DNA from: Octopus bimaculoides
Lineage: Eukaryota
Assembly (NCBI RefSeq): GCF_001194135.2
Contig: NC_068987.1
Location: 38,967,571 to 39,006,340 of the forward strand
Direction of reading: 5' to 3'
Length of the DNA: 38,770 nt
Positions within the stretch are counted from its first letter, which is position 1. Each line of letters starts with the position of its first letter. Positions 13,570-25,678 of the stretch are shown here, in pieces. A program made the position numbers and the translations under genes. Below the pieces are notes generated by a model. The model was not told where the DNA came from, ran no database searches, and saw only the letters and a program-made list of their open reading frames with translations.

Positions 13570-14507
13570 TTATAATTATAAGCCATATCCTTTCACACTG
13601 GCCGGAGACATTTCTCAATTTTTTTTTTATTTTCGACATCGTAAGTTTTATAGCTGATGGATTTGTTGCGTGTCTGCGTTGTTATGTCGTTTGGGGGACG
13701 ATGCGAACGTCACTCCCATCCACGGACAACATGCTATAGAATGTTTGGTATTCCGATTTGGTGATTTCTAGCTTAACCCGCTGCACACTGGCTGCAGCAG
13801 CAAAATTCTTGGTAATTTTTCAGATTAACACCCGCACGATTTTCACTAGGGTGTTAGGGTTAGGGTTTTAGGGTCAGGGTTAGGGTTTTAGGGTTAGGAT
13901 TAGGGTTAGGGTTAGGGTTAAGGTTTAGGGTTAGGTTAGGGTTAGGAATTAGGGTAAGGGTTAGGATTAGGGTTAGTGTTAGAGTTACGGTTTTAGAGTC
14001 AGGGTTAGGGTTTTAGGGTTAGGGTTAGGGTTAGGGTTAAGGTTTAGGGTTAGGTTTAGGGTTTTAGGGTTTCGGGTTAGGAAATCGTGCGGGTGTTAAT
14101 CTGAAAAATTATCAAATTCTTTACAAGCTGACTCGTTTTGTCGCTTGCGACAGTCTCTTCCAGAGCCATTCGCTCCTTAATAATTTCCACATTGGAATTC
14201 GACATATTCTTTTTCTCTCAAGAGAAAAAACACAGATAAATAATAATTAAATTCTCACAAGAGAGAATTTTTTGGTTCAAAGGTTCAATTCCTTCCCCCG
14301 TAGGGTGAAGGACACAGTTCACAAAAAGTTTTTGCAAATAAATATTGTTCAATTCCTTCTCCCGTAGGGGAATGCACAAAATTTCAACAACAGCCTGCCA
14401 AGTAGGTAACAGTTTTTAACAAACAACAATTTTTAAAACAAGTTCAGCAATAGTTTTGACAATACCTTCGCAAACGACAAATATAAATCTAAGAAGCAAC
14501 AACACAG
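13570..14507 (-). mobile_element. 5' UTR + 5' part of a Tx1/L1-ORF1-like unit (unit D), interrupted by the telomeric MITE
   Basis: ATG at 14205. Removing 13811-14121 restores MSNSNVEIIKERMALEETVASDKTSQLVKNFAAAASVQRV...; a shifted frame gives PPNDITTQTRNKSISYKTYDVENKKKIEKCLRPV*KDMAY, matching units A-C. Confidence 0.65.
13811..14113. mobile_element. 303-bp MITE with 32-bp TIRs and degenerate (TTAGGG)n interior; possibly Merlin-type
   Basis: TIRs 13811-13842 and 14082-14113 match 31/32; 8-bp TSD AAATTCTT at 13803-13810 and 14114-14121; GG terminus. Confidence 0.9.
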
Positions 14508-14510
14508 TGC

Positions 14511-14615
14511 ACTGCGCATATGACACTCTTCTCAGACTGTTCTGCGCATGCTCATTTATACTAACTAGTATGGTTCACTTAGCCAATCACGAGGGTGTAC
14601 AGATTCCCCATACAA
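14511..14615 (-). mobile_element. partial Gypsy 5' LTR (U3 part only)
   Basis: Matches 11079-11182 with scattered mismatches. Confidence 0.8.
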
Positions 14616-14700
14616 GTTGACTAGTACTTCAATTTATCGACCCGGAGGGATGAAAGTTGACTCCGGTGATATTCTAACCCGGAAAGTTAAGAGTCGGTGC
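14615..14700 (-). mobile_element. SINE remainder
   Basis: TTTATCGACCCGGAGGGATGAAAG motif. Confidence 0.7.
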
Positions 14701-15230
<530 letters not shown>

Positions 15231-15704
15231 ACCCACATCCGAAAATAAAGATTTACCCATCTACTAAATGTAATATTGATATAAACCAGAATCAAATACA
15301 AATTAATAGTCAAAATTACCGATTTACCTCCCCTTTACTGAAAAATACCTTGATTACCAATTATCACTCCTAGCATACAAAATCTCTAACACCAAATTGT
15401 ATCCAACACTCAAACTTTGAAAAGCTTTAGTGAAACCAGTTATTATGTTGGAAGAAAAAATCATATTTTGTATAATATTGTATAATACTTTTGCTATGAG
15501 GATTCTAATATATTCTTTAGTCTTGAAAAACAAATCGTCTGCGTTTTGTCATCTTTTTTCTTTCTTTGTATATTCAACTACGTGGAATTAACAACCATAC
15601 TCTCTATCTCATATATACTTTCTATCTCATATATATAACGATACACAGCTGCATCCGAAAAAATTGCGAGCAGGGGAGTGAACCCTACCATCTCCTAGCG
15701 ACGG

Positions 15705-15751
15705 AACCAGTAGACGAATTCTGGTTTCGGGCTATTTCTGCCACTCCTCAG
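15705..15751 (-). ncRNA. type I hammerhead-ribozyme-like core (inverted copy)
   Basis: Same core with a GUU triplet; the distal flanks pair (CATCTCTAGC/GCTAGGAGATG). Confidence 0.4.
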
Positions 15752-15799
15752 TACTGGACACCTCGTCTGCTAGAGATGATAGCAGCTCGCTTCTGTATG

Positions 15800-15841
<42 letters not shown>

Positions 15842-15905
15842 NNNNNNNNNNNNNNNNNNNNNNNNNNNNNNNNNNNNNNNNNNNNNNNNNNNNNNNNNNN
15901 NNNNN

Positions 15906-15943
<38 letters not shown>

Positions 15944-15946
<3 letters not shown>

Positions 15947-16153
15947 CAAGCGAACACACAGTCGCTGTTAACCAGCTAGAAGAGATGTCCTCTTAGGGTT
16001 AAAAAATCGCAGTACACTCCGCTCGAACGGACAACGATCTTAAAGTGGCTACGAATATTACTTGTCAGTATAAGTACTGCGTTGATCTCTTAGAGAGATT
16101 TTAGAACTAGCATTTTTGCTTATTGCAAAATCAGCGACTGTGTTTGCTTGAAA
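15944..16153. mobile_element. 210-bp element with ~22-bp TIRs embedded in (TA)n
   Basis: TTTCAAGCGAACACACAGTCGCTG ... CAGCGACTGTGTTTGCTTGAAA; its internal 15968-16070 recurs at 16322-16411. Confidence 0.6.
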
Positions 16154-16207
16154 TATATATATTGCATGTAGAAGCAAGCTGCTATCATCTCTAGCAGACA
16201 AGATGTA

Positions 16208-16254
16208 CTGAGGAGTGGCAGAAACAGCCCGAAACCAGAACTGATCTACTGGTC
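16208..16254 (+). ncRNA. type I hammerhead-ribozyme-like core
   Basis: CUGAGGA, stem II G(U)GGC/GCCC, GAAA, stem III CCAG/CUGG, GUC triplet; the proximal stem I does not pair. Confidence 0.45.
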
Positions 16255-16410
16255 CTGTCGCTAGGAGATGGTAGGGGTTCGCTTCCCAGCCCGCAATTTT
16301 ATCGGAAGCAGCTGTGCATCATTAACCAGCTAGAGGAGATGTCCTTTTGGGGTTTAAAAAATCGCAATAAACTCCGCTCGAATGAAGTGGCTACGAATAT
16401 TACCTGTCAG

Positions 16411-17060
16411 TAAATCCAGCGTATTTCTCAACTACATACACGCACACTAAAGCCACTCTATGATCATAATAACTAACAATCTAGTTAAGCATGTTTGTCT
16501 TAGATTTTCTAAACTATCTGCTGAGAAAAATCTTTAAAGAATTCTCAGATTATTATAGCTGGTACTTCATAGAAATTGTTCCGGACAGATAATAGCATGA
16601 ACGAAAGCATTCTATCTCAATCTATTATTACCCACGCTCTTGTTGAAAATATTCTTTAGATTACTAAAAAAATACAGCCCCCCCCCCTCCTCGCCCGACA
16701 AACTGTATACTATACAATATTTAATATAAACATTGTAAACTCTCATATTCCACTACATCGCTTCCAATCTTACAAAATCCCACCGCCTATTCCTAACTTT
16801 TATAGATAGGAACTTTTCTGCAGAATACCAAATCGCCTACTTGAATTGCCAGAATACACTTCAGTTTTCTACATAGATCATGCCACAGAAATAAAACATT
16901 GTCATAAACACTCACTGCACCTCCCAATTTGATCAGATCAAGGAGCATCATTCAAGTCGTAAATTCATTACTTCAGCTTCCAGCCCTGCGATTTTAGACA
17001 TACACCAGAAGGAAGCTTAAAGAATGCCTCTCACTTCAGTACATTGCTCTTCCCTCTATC
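16411..17060 (+). mobile_element. very decayed Penelope-like (Neptune-type) remnant
   Basis: Fragments YIHAH*SH..I, LSKLSAEK.IFKEFSDYY and CKLSYS resemble the PLE RT C-terminus/linker also seen at 21000-21330 and 37550-37720. Confidence 0.45.
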
Positions 17061-17755
17061 AAAAGTTTAGCAGTTTATAGTCTCCGGTTCATATTTCACA
17101 GTTAGTACAACGCACTCGCGTAACTTCTTGGCGTAGTCTTTCATGCAATCGTAAATTAGGTGAGAACGGATGCTACGGACTAGTATTTTATTTCCTTTTG
17201 ATAAGTTAAATGCATTAAGTACAAAAAAAGCCTGGACACCTTTTAGTAAAGCATGGATAATAAGTTCATAAGATCTTAGAAGTCCTAAAGAGAGATAGGG
17301 ACAATCATTGGCCTGGACAGTGTTGTAGCGACACAAGTCATAATAATAAACTTTTATCGATGGTAATATGACGTAATGGTCATGTTGCCCGAATAGGTAT
17401 AATTGTTAGTTTCCCATTGGTTAAAATTACTGCCCATATTTGAATTCTAAACTTTCGTTTAGAGAAATCTTTCACGAAATACGGTTCTTAGAATTCAGGT
17501 ATGAGCAGTTATAAAAACTCTGATTTTGGGGAAATTAATCAGTGATCGTTGATTGTTACTCGACTCCAGGACACTCACACCCAGTGATCGTTGGTTGTCA
17601 CTCATTCCCACGGCACTCTTTTGAGATATTTTATGTCGTAATTCTCTACGACAGTTTTCTTTTGATTTATAAATGTACTGTAAATATTAAAGGAAAATAA
17701 ATAAACTAATTTAGTAAATAATTTAATAATTTTTCTTTCTTCATTTTCTTCTTAG

Positions 17756-17856
17756 ATAATGATAGGTACGGAAACAGAATTGAAGATAACGTGTTTGGCT
17801 TATTTACCAACATCTCCTCTACGGAAAATCGAATGCTGGAGCTGGTGTATTACTGT
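17756..17856 (+). CDS. internal exon of unidentified host gene (xNDRYGNRIEDNVFGLFTNISSTENRMLELVYYC)
   Basis: Long polypyrimidine acceptor TTTTCTTTCTTCATTTTCTTCTTAG, consensus donor GTAAGT, open frame in phase 1/0, NIS sequon. Confidence 0.75.
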
Positions 17857-17879
17857 GTAAGTACCTGCAATTCTAGCAT

Positions 17880-18400
17880 CTAATCCAATACCCCCTGCTT
17901 TCCATCACTCATGAAAACAGTCCCGGAATACTTAAATCTCTCCACTTGTCTCAATGATGTTCCACTAAGATGCAGAGGACACTGGGAATACTTTCTTGGG
18001 AAGATCAATGTCTCCGTCCTCGTAACACTAATTCTCATCCCTACCTTGCAGCACTCGACACTAACCCATTTAGTGCATGCTGGAGATGTTATGAGTGAAG
18101 TAGCACCATGTCGGCTGCAAATATCAGCCGACCGATTGTACACACACCGATTGGGATACCGTTTCCGCAACGGCTGAGCATGTCAATCAAGTTCATAATA
18201 ATTATGAAAAGGAGTGCAGTCCAACATCCACGTTGAAAGATTTCGACTGTACAATATTTATACGAACACAAATCCTGCAAAACGTCTACAACATGGCACG
18301 CAGTCACATGCCTTTTCGTGGTCTAATATAGCAAGCGTACACTTCTTGGCAAATTTCTCAAAGACTTATCATAGAGTGAATATCTGGTCGGTTAAGTAGC
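17880..18400 (-). mobile_element. RTE-clade LINE reverse transcriptase remnant
   Basis: DQIFTL..VFEK, LLFIIIMN, LIFAADMVLL (degenerate YADD), GMRISVTRTETL, QVERFKYSG. Confidence 0.85.
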
Positions 18401-18857
18401 ATGAATATCAAAACAAAATCTAAAAGGAAGATGCAACTTCCAATGTTTGAAATAATTTTGTCTGTGAAATATAGTTTGAAACATGTTAAATGCTGAAGAA
18501 GATTCTTGTTCACTTCAAGCAATGCTATATAAAATGGTATAAAGGAAACATGTCTGACTCAGTTACAAAGTTTCAGTGACAGAAATATTGAAGGTTTCAA
18601 CGACTTAGACTTATCAGAGAAAGGTTAAAATTCTCTTCTTTTTAAATTAATTAACAACAGTTTTTTTTTGTTTAGCGTTTTGTAGCACAGTCTCTGTAGA
18701 AATCTAGTATTAAATTTTAATTTTCATTCTCCAACACTGGATAGATATGCAACCTAAACATCTAATTTTCATAACCTCGAGAACAAATTCATTCACACAA
18801 GCGCACCCATACATACGCACACTATCTTACTCACATACACTCGTACAAGTACGCGCA

Positions 18858-18896
<39 letters not shown>

Positions 18897-19156
18897 ATTC
18901 ACTAACTTACATATACAGATATATCAAATTGGTAATAAATAGGAATGTATCTCTAGCCGCCTGTTAATGTTAAATAAAGTGAAAGCAGCCTATTGTCATA
19001 GAGCTTTTGTCACCGTAATTATATAATTAATACCAGTTTTGTTTACGCCAATAATACAACACATCCCCCACTACAGTGCATTGCCTGGCGTCTCATTTCA
19101 ATGTAGGCATTTCTAAAACAAGCATGAGGAACGCAGACATGCTTTACAAATATCAC

Positions 19157-19216
<60 letters not shown>

Positions 19217-19418
19217 CTATAAACATTATGCGTTCATGTATGTATATCCATCCATCCATATATATATATTCATATATAGTGTTACGCGAAGCGGTTGCAC
19301 GGTACCAGAATGTTCGACTCAAGTCAAATATAACAAACTACACTAAATTGTTGTTAGAATATCCACATAAGAGGTTTGTTCATACTGACATCGAGTCGTA
19401 TAAGTTGTAATAATATTT

Positions 19419-19421
19419 TGA

Positions 19422-19452
<31 letters not shown>

Positions 19453-19493
19453 GAAGGAAGGAAGGAAAAAAGAAAGAAAGAAAGAAAGAAGAA

Positions 19494-19527
<34 letters not shown>
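19419..19527. repeat. (GAAA)/(GGAA) microsatellite
   Basis: Direct reading. Confidence 0.95.
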
Positions 19528-19528
<1 letters not shown>

Positions 19529-19941
19529 GAGAACTTACGAGAGAAATAGAAAATTGTATCGTCACGGCTAATTTGAGAACAGTTAAACCTTTCTTGGTAT
19601 TTTTTAATAAGCCAGAAAGTTGCTGCGTGTCTGGAGTATTTACGACATACTCAACTTAGAGTGATGGCTGTTTGGATGACGTTAAGAAGAGGTGCACTAT
19701 ATTGTGAATTAAAAGAGTCTGGACATACTATAGTTGGGTGAATGCTGCGTAACACCTTTGGAGAGCGTGGTGCCGAAAGTTGCCGAGATCTTTCCGATTA
19801 CCTGTCAATAAGCGGTGAACGCAATGTCCTGTTATGTAAACTACATATAAAATAAAACTATGTATGTGTTTTTGTTTGTACAAACGAAATTGTACTCAAC
19901 ATAGGGTGTTTAAAAATTTGTATTAATATTTTATTTCACAG

Positions 19942-20016
19942 GCACAAAAAGCATATCAGTTTGTTAGGATAATGAATATTGGTGGTGAACTGGTTATTGC
20001 TTCTAAATGTTGCTGA
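19942..20016 (+). CDS. possible next (terminal?) exon AQKAYQFVRIMNIGGELVIASKCC*
   Basis: Acceptor TTTATTTCACAG; the phase-0 start is compatible with the exon ending at 17856; short and unverified. Confidence 0.3.
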   Translation, partial: AQKAYQFVRIMNIGGELVIASKCC

Positions 20017-20689
20017 TTGTCATTGACTGAGGAGAGAGGCTTATTTTCATTATCTTATTCGGATCGCTATCACAGTGACTGACAACAGCTGCCGGATCGG
20101 AAACCACGAATTTAAAATTACAGTAATATTTATGAAATGGTATTAACGACTACTGGCTTAAAATTAGCTAATAGAAAGCCCTGTTGATGAAAACAGTATG
20201 ATAGTTTAGAGATACAGTGAGTTATTTCAATATGTGCACTTTGAGTAAGTGAAGAGGGACCTTCTTAAGAAGTTCCAAATATTATTGAACTGAACATATC
20301 CCTGGTCATAAAACCTCCAGAAAAAAAAACAGAACTGAGAGGTGCAGCTTTCTCTGTTCTTTGACCTGAAGGAGAGTATGAGCTGAGTAAGCTTTCTGTT
20401 GGTGTTATTGGAATACTATTTAGGCATGGTAAGAAGACCACTACCTAAGGAGGCGAGAATTCCTACCTACAGTGGATGATCTCAGCCGTTGCAGATGAAT
20501 GCCTGAAGTAAACACCACGCTGTTGTAGGTCTTTTCCGCTACAGTATGTGATGTTGGCAGTGAAATTCTTTAGGCAAGAGTAATTTAACTTAAAATCTGA
20601 TGTTACTTAGTGTGTCGTCGATGTCAAATGGAATCCTGATGGTGTGCTGTGCGTAACTATATTTGATGCGTTGTTGAGTGTCAGCATTG

Positions 20690-21750
20690 TTCGACGTATA
20701 TCCATGGAGAGCTACGATGCCGCTGAGATTACTGACTTCGGTTATTTAACCTAAATTCTTTCAAAAACGCACACGCTACCATAGTTCTGTTACATACAGA
20801 GAGTCGACGGTTTGGCAATCTCAAGAAATATGAACGGCCATGATACGAGCAAGACCTGAAAACATGAAATAGATATCTTCAATGTTTGACCTCTATATTA
20901 CTGTCACCACCGACTTGACCAATGTCGATGCTACGATACCACCTTATATTTCAAGAGTGGTAAATCCTACTCCAACAGAAAACCTAACTCGGACACTGTG
21001 TACCTCCATAGAAACACAAGCCACCTAGTTATTGTTAGAAATATAGCAACAGATATTAGAAGCTCTAACTCTCCGCCGGACAGAGAGGTTTTCGACAGAT
21101 CCATGCCCCGTAACAACGAGGCCAGAATTTTACGAGAAATTACTATGTATGGAGGATGCTAAATCGTAAAGTCAGAAAAGAATCATTTGGTTCAATCCTC
21201 CGTAAACCTATATACCACCAGAAATGTAGCTAAAAGCTTTCCATCCCTAACTAAACAGTATTTACCGAACACTCATAAGTACCACAAACTTTTCCCTACC
21301 CATAACGTTATGGTTTTTTAATCATCCCCTGACCTTATCGAGTCGAACATCACAGGCTTCAATTAATAATATGAACCTACACAGACATGGCAAAAACTGT
21401 AACTTCCAAAATCATACCAAGTCTCCAATAAAGAAAGTCGCCTTTCAAAGTTTGTACTCTATACAGCTGCCTAATACCGCTCTATAATATTCTTAGAAAC
21501 AACTGCAATTAACTTCAAGAAAAGATTTATGCAACACACGTACTTTTTCTGATGAAAAGACTAGAAAACACACCGCTTTATCTAGTGACTCCGAGACCCT
21601 GGCTTCTCCTTACTCATTTGAAGATCGTAATTGTAGTATCGCTTTCATGAAAAACTGCTTACAGTTTGCATTATCCACCAAATGATAATTGAGCTATTAA
21701 TGAACTTCAAACTGATACCCAGAAAAAAACTATCTTGACTTTAAGTCACC
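20690..21750 (+). mobile_element. Penelope-like (Neptune-type) remnant
   Basis: FDVSMESYDAAE (FDVTMGSYDGAE-like), degenerate YRDDGL, RIIWFNPP, decayed GIY-YIG. Confidence 0.75.
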
Positions 21751-21849
21751 CATTTACCAATCCAAGCTATACAAGATTATTTTAAGGCACTAACACATCA
21801 AATACAGTACAAGTTGCCATTTGATGCTGCAGTGCCATGAATCTGACGT

Positions 21850-23160
21850 TGCTTAGTTGTCAACCTCCACAAGTAACAAACCAGGTGGTACTAATGTAGC
21901 GTTCCTTTCACAATCTTGAAAAAAAAATTAACATGAGTATCTGTTGTCACTGTGAGATATCCTGTGGTTGGTGCTTGGGTGAGGAAGGTGAAGAAGGAAT
22001 GGACGGTGGTATCATCTGAGTAAGAGTGACGAACAGTAGGTCTTTGATGTACAGGAAGAAGTGTGTGGTAGTCAAAACCGAATTTTGGGGCACACCAGAA
22101 TTGCTAGAGAGTAAACCAGGGAGAACTTCATCAGCACACGTCGTAACAATGATGTCTAACAGGAAGCCACATATTTAGAGATAAGAGACGGATGGAATCC
22201 ATAAGTGGAATGTTTTAACAAGAGATTCTATTTTCAACCATGGTCGAAAGTTTTACTTGTGTTAAGAGCAGCAAAATTGCTTTCACCCAATTTCTCGAGT
22301 GAATGATCCTACTGATGTGTGACAGAAGAGTATGCTTTCAGTAGATCAGCTTCTACGAAAGCTGTACTAATGGTCATTAAATGGAGAAAGAGATTCACGA
22401 TGTTTGCTAATGTTATCTTCATCACTTTCAAGATATTGTGACTGCGATAAAGTCAAAAGTGTTGCGCTAGGTCGGGTGGAATATAGTAAGAGTGTTTCCA
22501 AACAAGATCGCGGCATACCCCATAAGAGGGAGAGAGAGGGGGGAGAGAGACAGACAAACAGACAGAGACACACACACAGAGAAGAGAAAGAGAGGTTGAG
22601 TGATTAAAGCGTTTGTTGAGTGTAAAGGCCATTTCTGGAGCGCATGCTTTGAAGCTAGCAATGGTGCTTTTCGTGCATGGCGTGTTTGTGAAAATGTTAG
22701 TGAGTCTGATGGAGTAGAAGAGTCTGAACAAAGAGATTTATCTGCTGTGTGCAGCGTGAAATTCGATGTAAGCTAGGCAGCGAATTCTCCATGGCTGTAC
22801 TACTCACAGAACTATTAAGGCTGAACAATGGAGGAATCACAAATGGCAGGCCAGCTAGCGTCACTGAACTGTTTCTTGTAACCCGTGGAACGGAAAACAA
22901 GAATATCTGTGCGATATGTTCGAGTGGAGAATAGTCGTCGTATAAGAGGAAGTGCAGAAGAGAAAACAAATATAAATCTTCGTGCACACCAGAAATGGGT
23001 GATGTTTTCCAAGCGTTGTGAAGAGACATGCGTGACATAATAATCTCAGTTCCTTACATAAATGCTACTGATGGGTCAAGGTAAAGTACATATTCCGATT
23101 TCTGCCAGCTCAAGAGTCATAGTGTTTAGGACGTGGAGGCGTTGGGAATAGTGTGTGGCC
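21850..23160 (-). mobile_element. CR1/Jockey-group LINE remnant (endonuclease end, linker, RT)
   Basis: YSFRRS*ST, SGVPQNSVL, FFLYIKDLL; heavily decayed. Confidence 0.6.
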
Positions 23161-23875
23161 ATTTATGTTCACACCAAAGTATTTACTCGTGTGTATGTGT
23201 TTATACATATGTATATACGCAGGCGTACACAAAATTGCTTATTATTTTACACTCTTGTAAATAATATATAATTTTATTATTATTTTATTATTATTATTAT
23301 TTTAATATTATTATTATTATTATTATTCTATTACTAGTATTTTAACTGATAAAGCTACGCTTTACTGGTGGACAGGTTCATATTTCATTCTTCAACTAAA
23401 ACAGAAATAGTACAGTACTTCTGCTAAAATGAGAAGTCAAGAATAGGAAAAAAAAAACACTATTCATAGCTCTGACCACGTGGCTCTCTGCTTGGACTAA
23501 ATTTTTTGCTTTATTTCTGTTCGTTTGTAGACGTTTCTCAATGAGTATCTCTTGTTTTGGTTTTCTTTCTCATTCCGCCTTTTAATGTTTCTCTACTTCT
23601 TCTCTCTTTTAAGCATCACACGTCTCTGATTCACTCACTTTTCTCCTTTCCAATCTCTCTACATATTTCTGTTTCTTTCTTCTAAATTCTAGCATTCTCT
23701 GCCTTTGCATCAATTTTACTCCTCTCTAAATTTTCTCTTTTCCATCACTTTCACTCTTTTTCATTGCCTCACTTTTTCTTTGTCTTTCCTTCTGTCTCAT
23801 TCTTTCTAACTCTCACACAGACACCTTCTGTTCATCCTCACTCTCTCTAACTAACTCTCACACAGGCGCCCCCTG

Positions 23876-23917
<42 letters not shown>

Positions 23918-24702
23918 AACTCTCACACAGACACCCTCTGTTCACTCTCTCTCTCTCTTCCCTACACTTTCATACGTTCACATCTTCTTTCCCTCTTTTC
24001 TGCTACTTTTACACTATCTCTCTTTGGCGTTCTATCTCTTTCATTCTCTTTCAGTGTAGCTTTATGTTGTCTCTCTCTCTCTCTCTCTCTCTCNNNNNNN
24101 NNNNNNNNNNNNNNNNNNNNNNNNNNNNNNNNNNNNNNNNNNNNNNNNNNNNNNNNNNNNNNNNNNNNNNNNNNNNNNNNNNNNNNNNNNNNNNNNNNNN
24201 NNNNNNNNNNNNNNNNNNNNNNNNNNNNNNNNNNNNNNNNNNNNNNNNNNNNNNNNNNNNNNNNNNNNNNNNNNNNNNNNNNNNNNNNNNNNNNNNNNNN
24301 NNNNNNNNNNNNNNNNNNNNNNNNNNNNNNNNNNNNNNNNNNNNNNNNNNNNNNNNNNNNNNNNNNNNNNNNNNNNNNNNNNNNNNNNNNNNNNNNNNNN
24401 NNNNNNNNNNNNNNNNNNNNNNNNNNNNNNNNNNNNNNNNNNNNNNNNNNNNNNNNNNNNNNNNNNNNNNNNNNNNNNNNNNNNNNNNNNNNNNNNNNNN
24501 NNNNNNNNNNNNNNNNNNNNNNNNNNNNNNNNNNNNNNNNNNNNNNNNNNNNNNNNNNNNNNNNNNNNNNNNNNNNNNNNNNNNNNNNNNNNNNNNNNNN
24601 NNNNNNNNNNNNNNNNNNNNNNNNNNNNNNNNNNNNNNNNNNNNNNNNNNNNNNNNNNNNNNNNNNNNNNNNNNNNNNNNNNNNNNNNNNNNNNNNNNNN
24701 NN

Positions 24703-24787
24703 GTGGTGGTGGTGGTGGCGGCGGCGGCAGTAGTGGTAGTAGTAGTAGTAGCAGTAGTAGTAGTAGTAGTAGTAGTAGTAGCAGCAG
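24703..24787. repeat. (GGT)/(GGC)/(TAG)/(CAG) compound trinucleotide repeat after a gap
   Basis: Direct reading. Confidence 0.9.
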
Positions 24788-25014
24788 AGAAGCAGAAAAA
24801 GGAATATATAGAAAGCTTCTAGCAATGCAGAAAGTTTTACAAAAACTTTAACCTTTCAAGTGCAAAGGCCCATCCTAGGAAGGAAGCAGTCCAAGAAACG
24901 TTTTGGACTGCTTCCTTCTGAGGATGGGCCTTTGCACCTGAAAAATAAAGGTTTTTCTAAAACTTTCTACAGTGTTAGAGGCTTTCTATATTTTCCTTTT
25001 CTTTTTCTGCTTCT
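24788..25014. repeat. 227-bp imperfect loopless palindrome
   Basis: The arms are reverse complements about the centre AAAC|GTTT (24899/24900); the same MLEAFYIFLF translation appears on both strands. Confidence 0.92.
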
Positions 25015-25385
25015 GTACTACAATGTTTCAAGCGAACTACAACGCTCTTATGTGTGTGTGTGTGTGTGTATACTTATGTATATACAACATATATGTATAT
25101 ATACTCATATATATATATTTGTATGTATGTATGTATGTATGTATGCATGTATGTATGTGTGCATGCGTGTGTATATGTATGCATGTATCGGCAAGAATTT
25201 CAATATTCCTTCTCTCAGCTTCAAATAGCCAATTAAAAGTATGATTGAATTAATATCTGTCTTCGAATTAAAAGACATCGATAGAGCAACTAATAACCAA
25301 TAAGGCCGTTTAGGACAGCAGTTTCAAAGAAAAGTTTGTTTCCCAGTCATGGGAGAGAATGGATAAGCGAAAAGAAGCAAATATG

Positions 25386-25678
<293 letters not shown>

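Larger units (their letters stand above)
15640..16320. repeat. inverted ~160-bp arms (15640-15801 / 16162-16320) around (TA)n arrays; each arm holds a hammerhead-like core
   Basis: The arms are reverse complements with scattered mismatches; CTGAGGA...GAAA cores at 16208-16254 (+) and 15705-15751 (-). Confidence 0.8.

Noticed and set aside
13850-14080. True telomere or chromosome end
   Set aside because: Degenerate, only about 240 bp, and enclosed by TIRs and a TSD.
23808-23945. Three AACTCTCACACAG..CTGTTCA units
   Set aside because: A small minisatellite within CT-rich low-complexity DNA; no CRISPR-like spacer structure.
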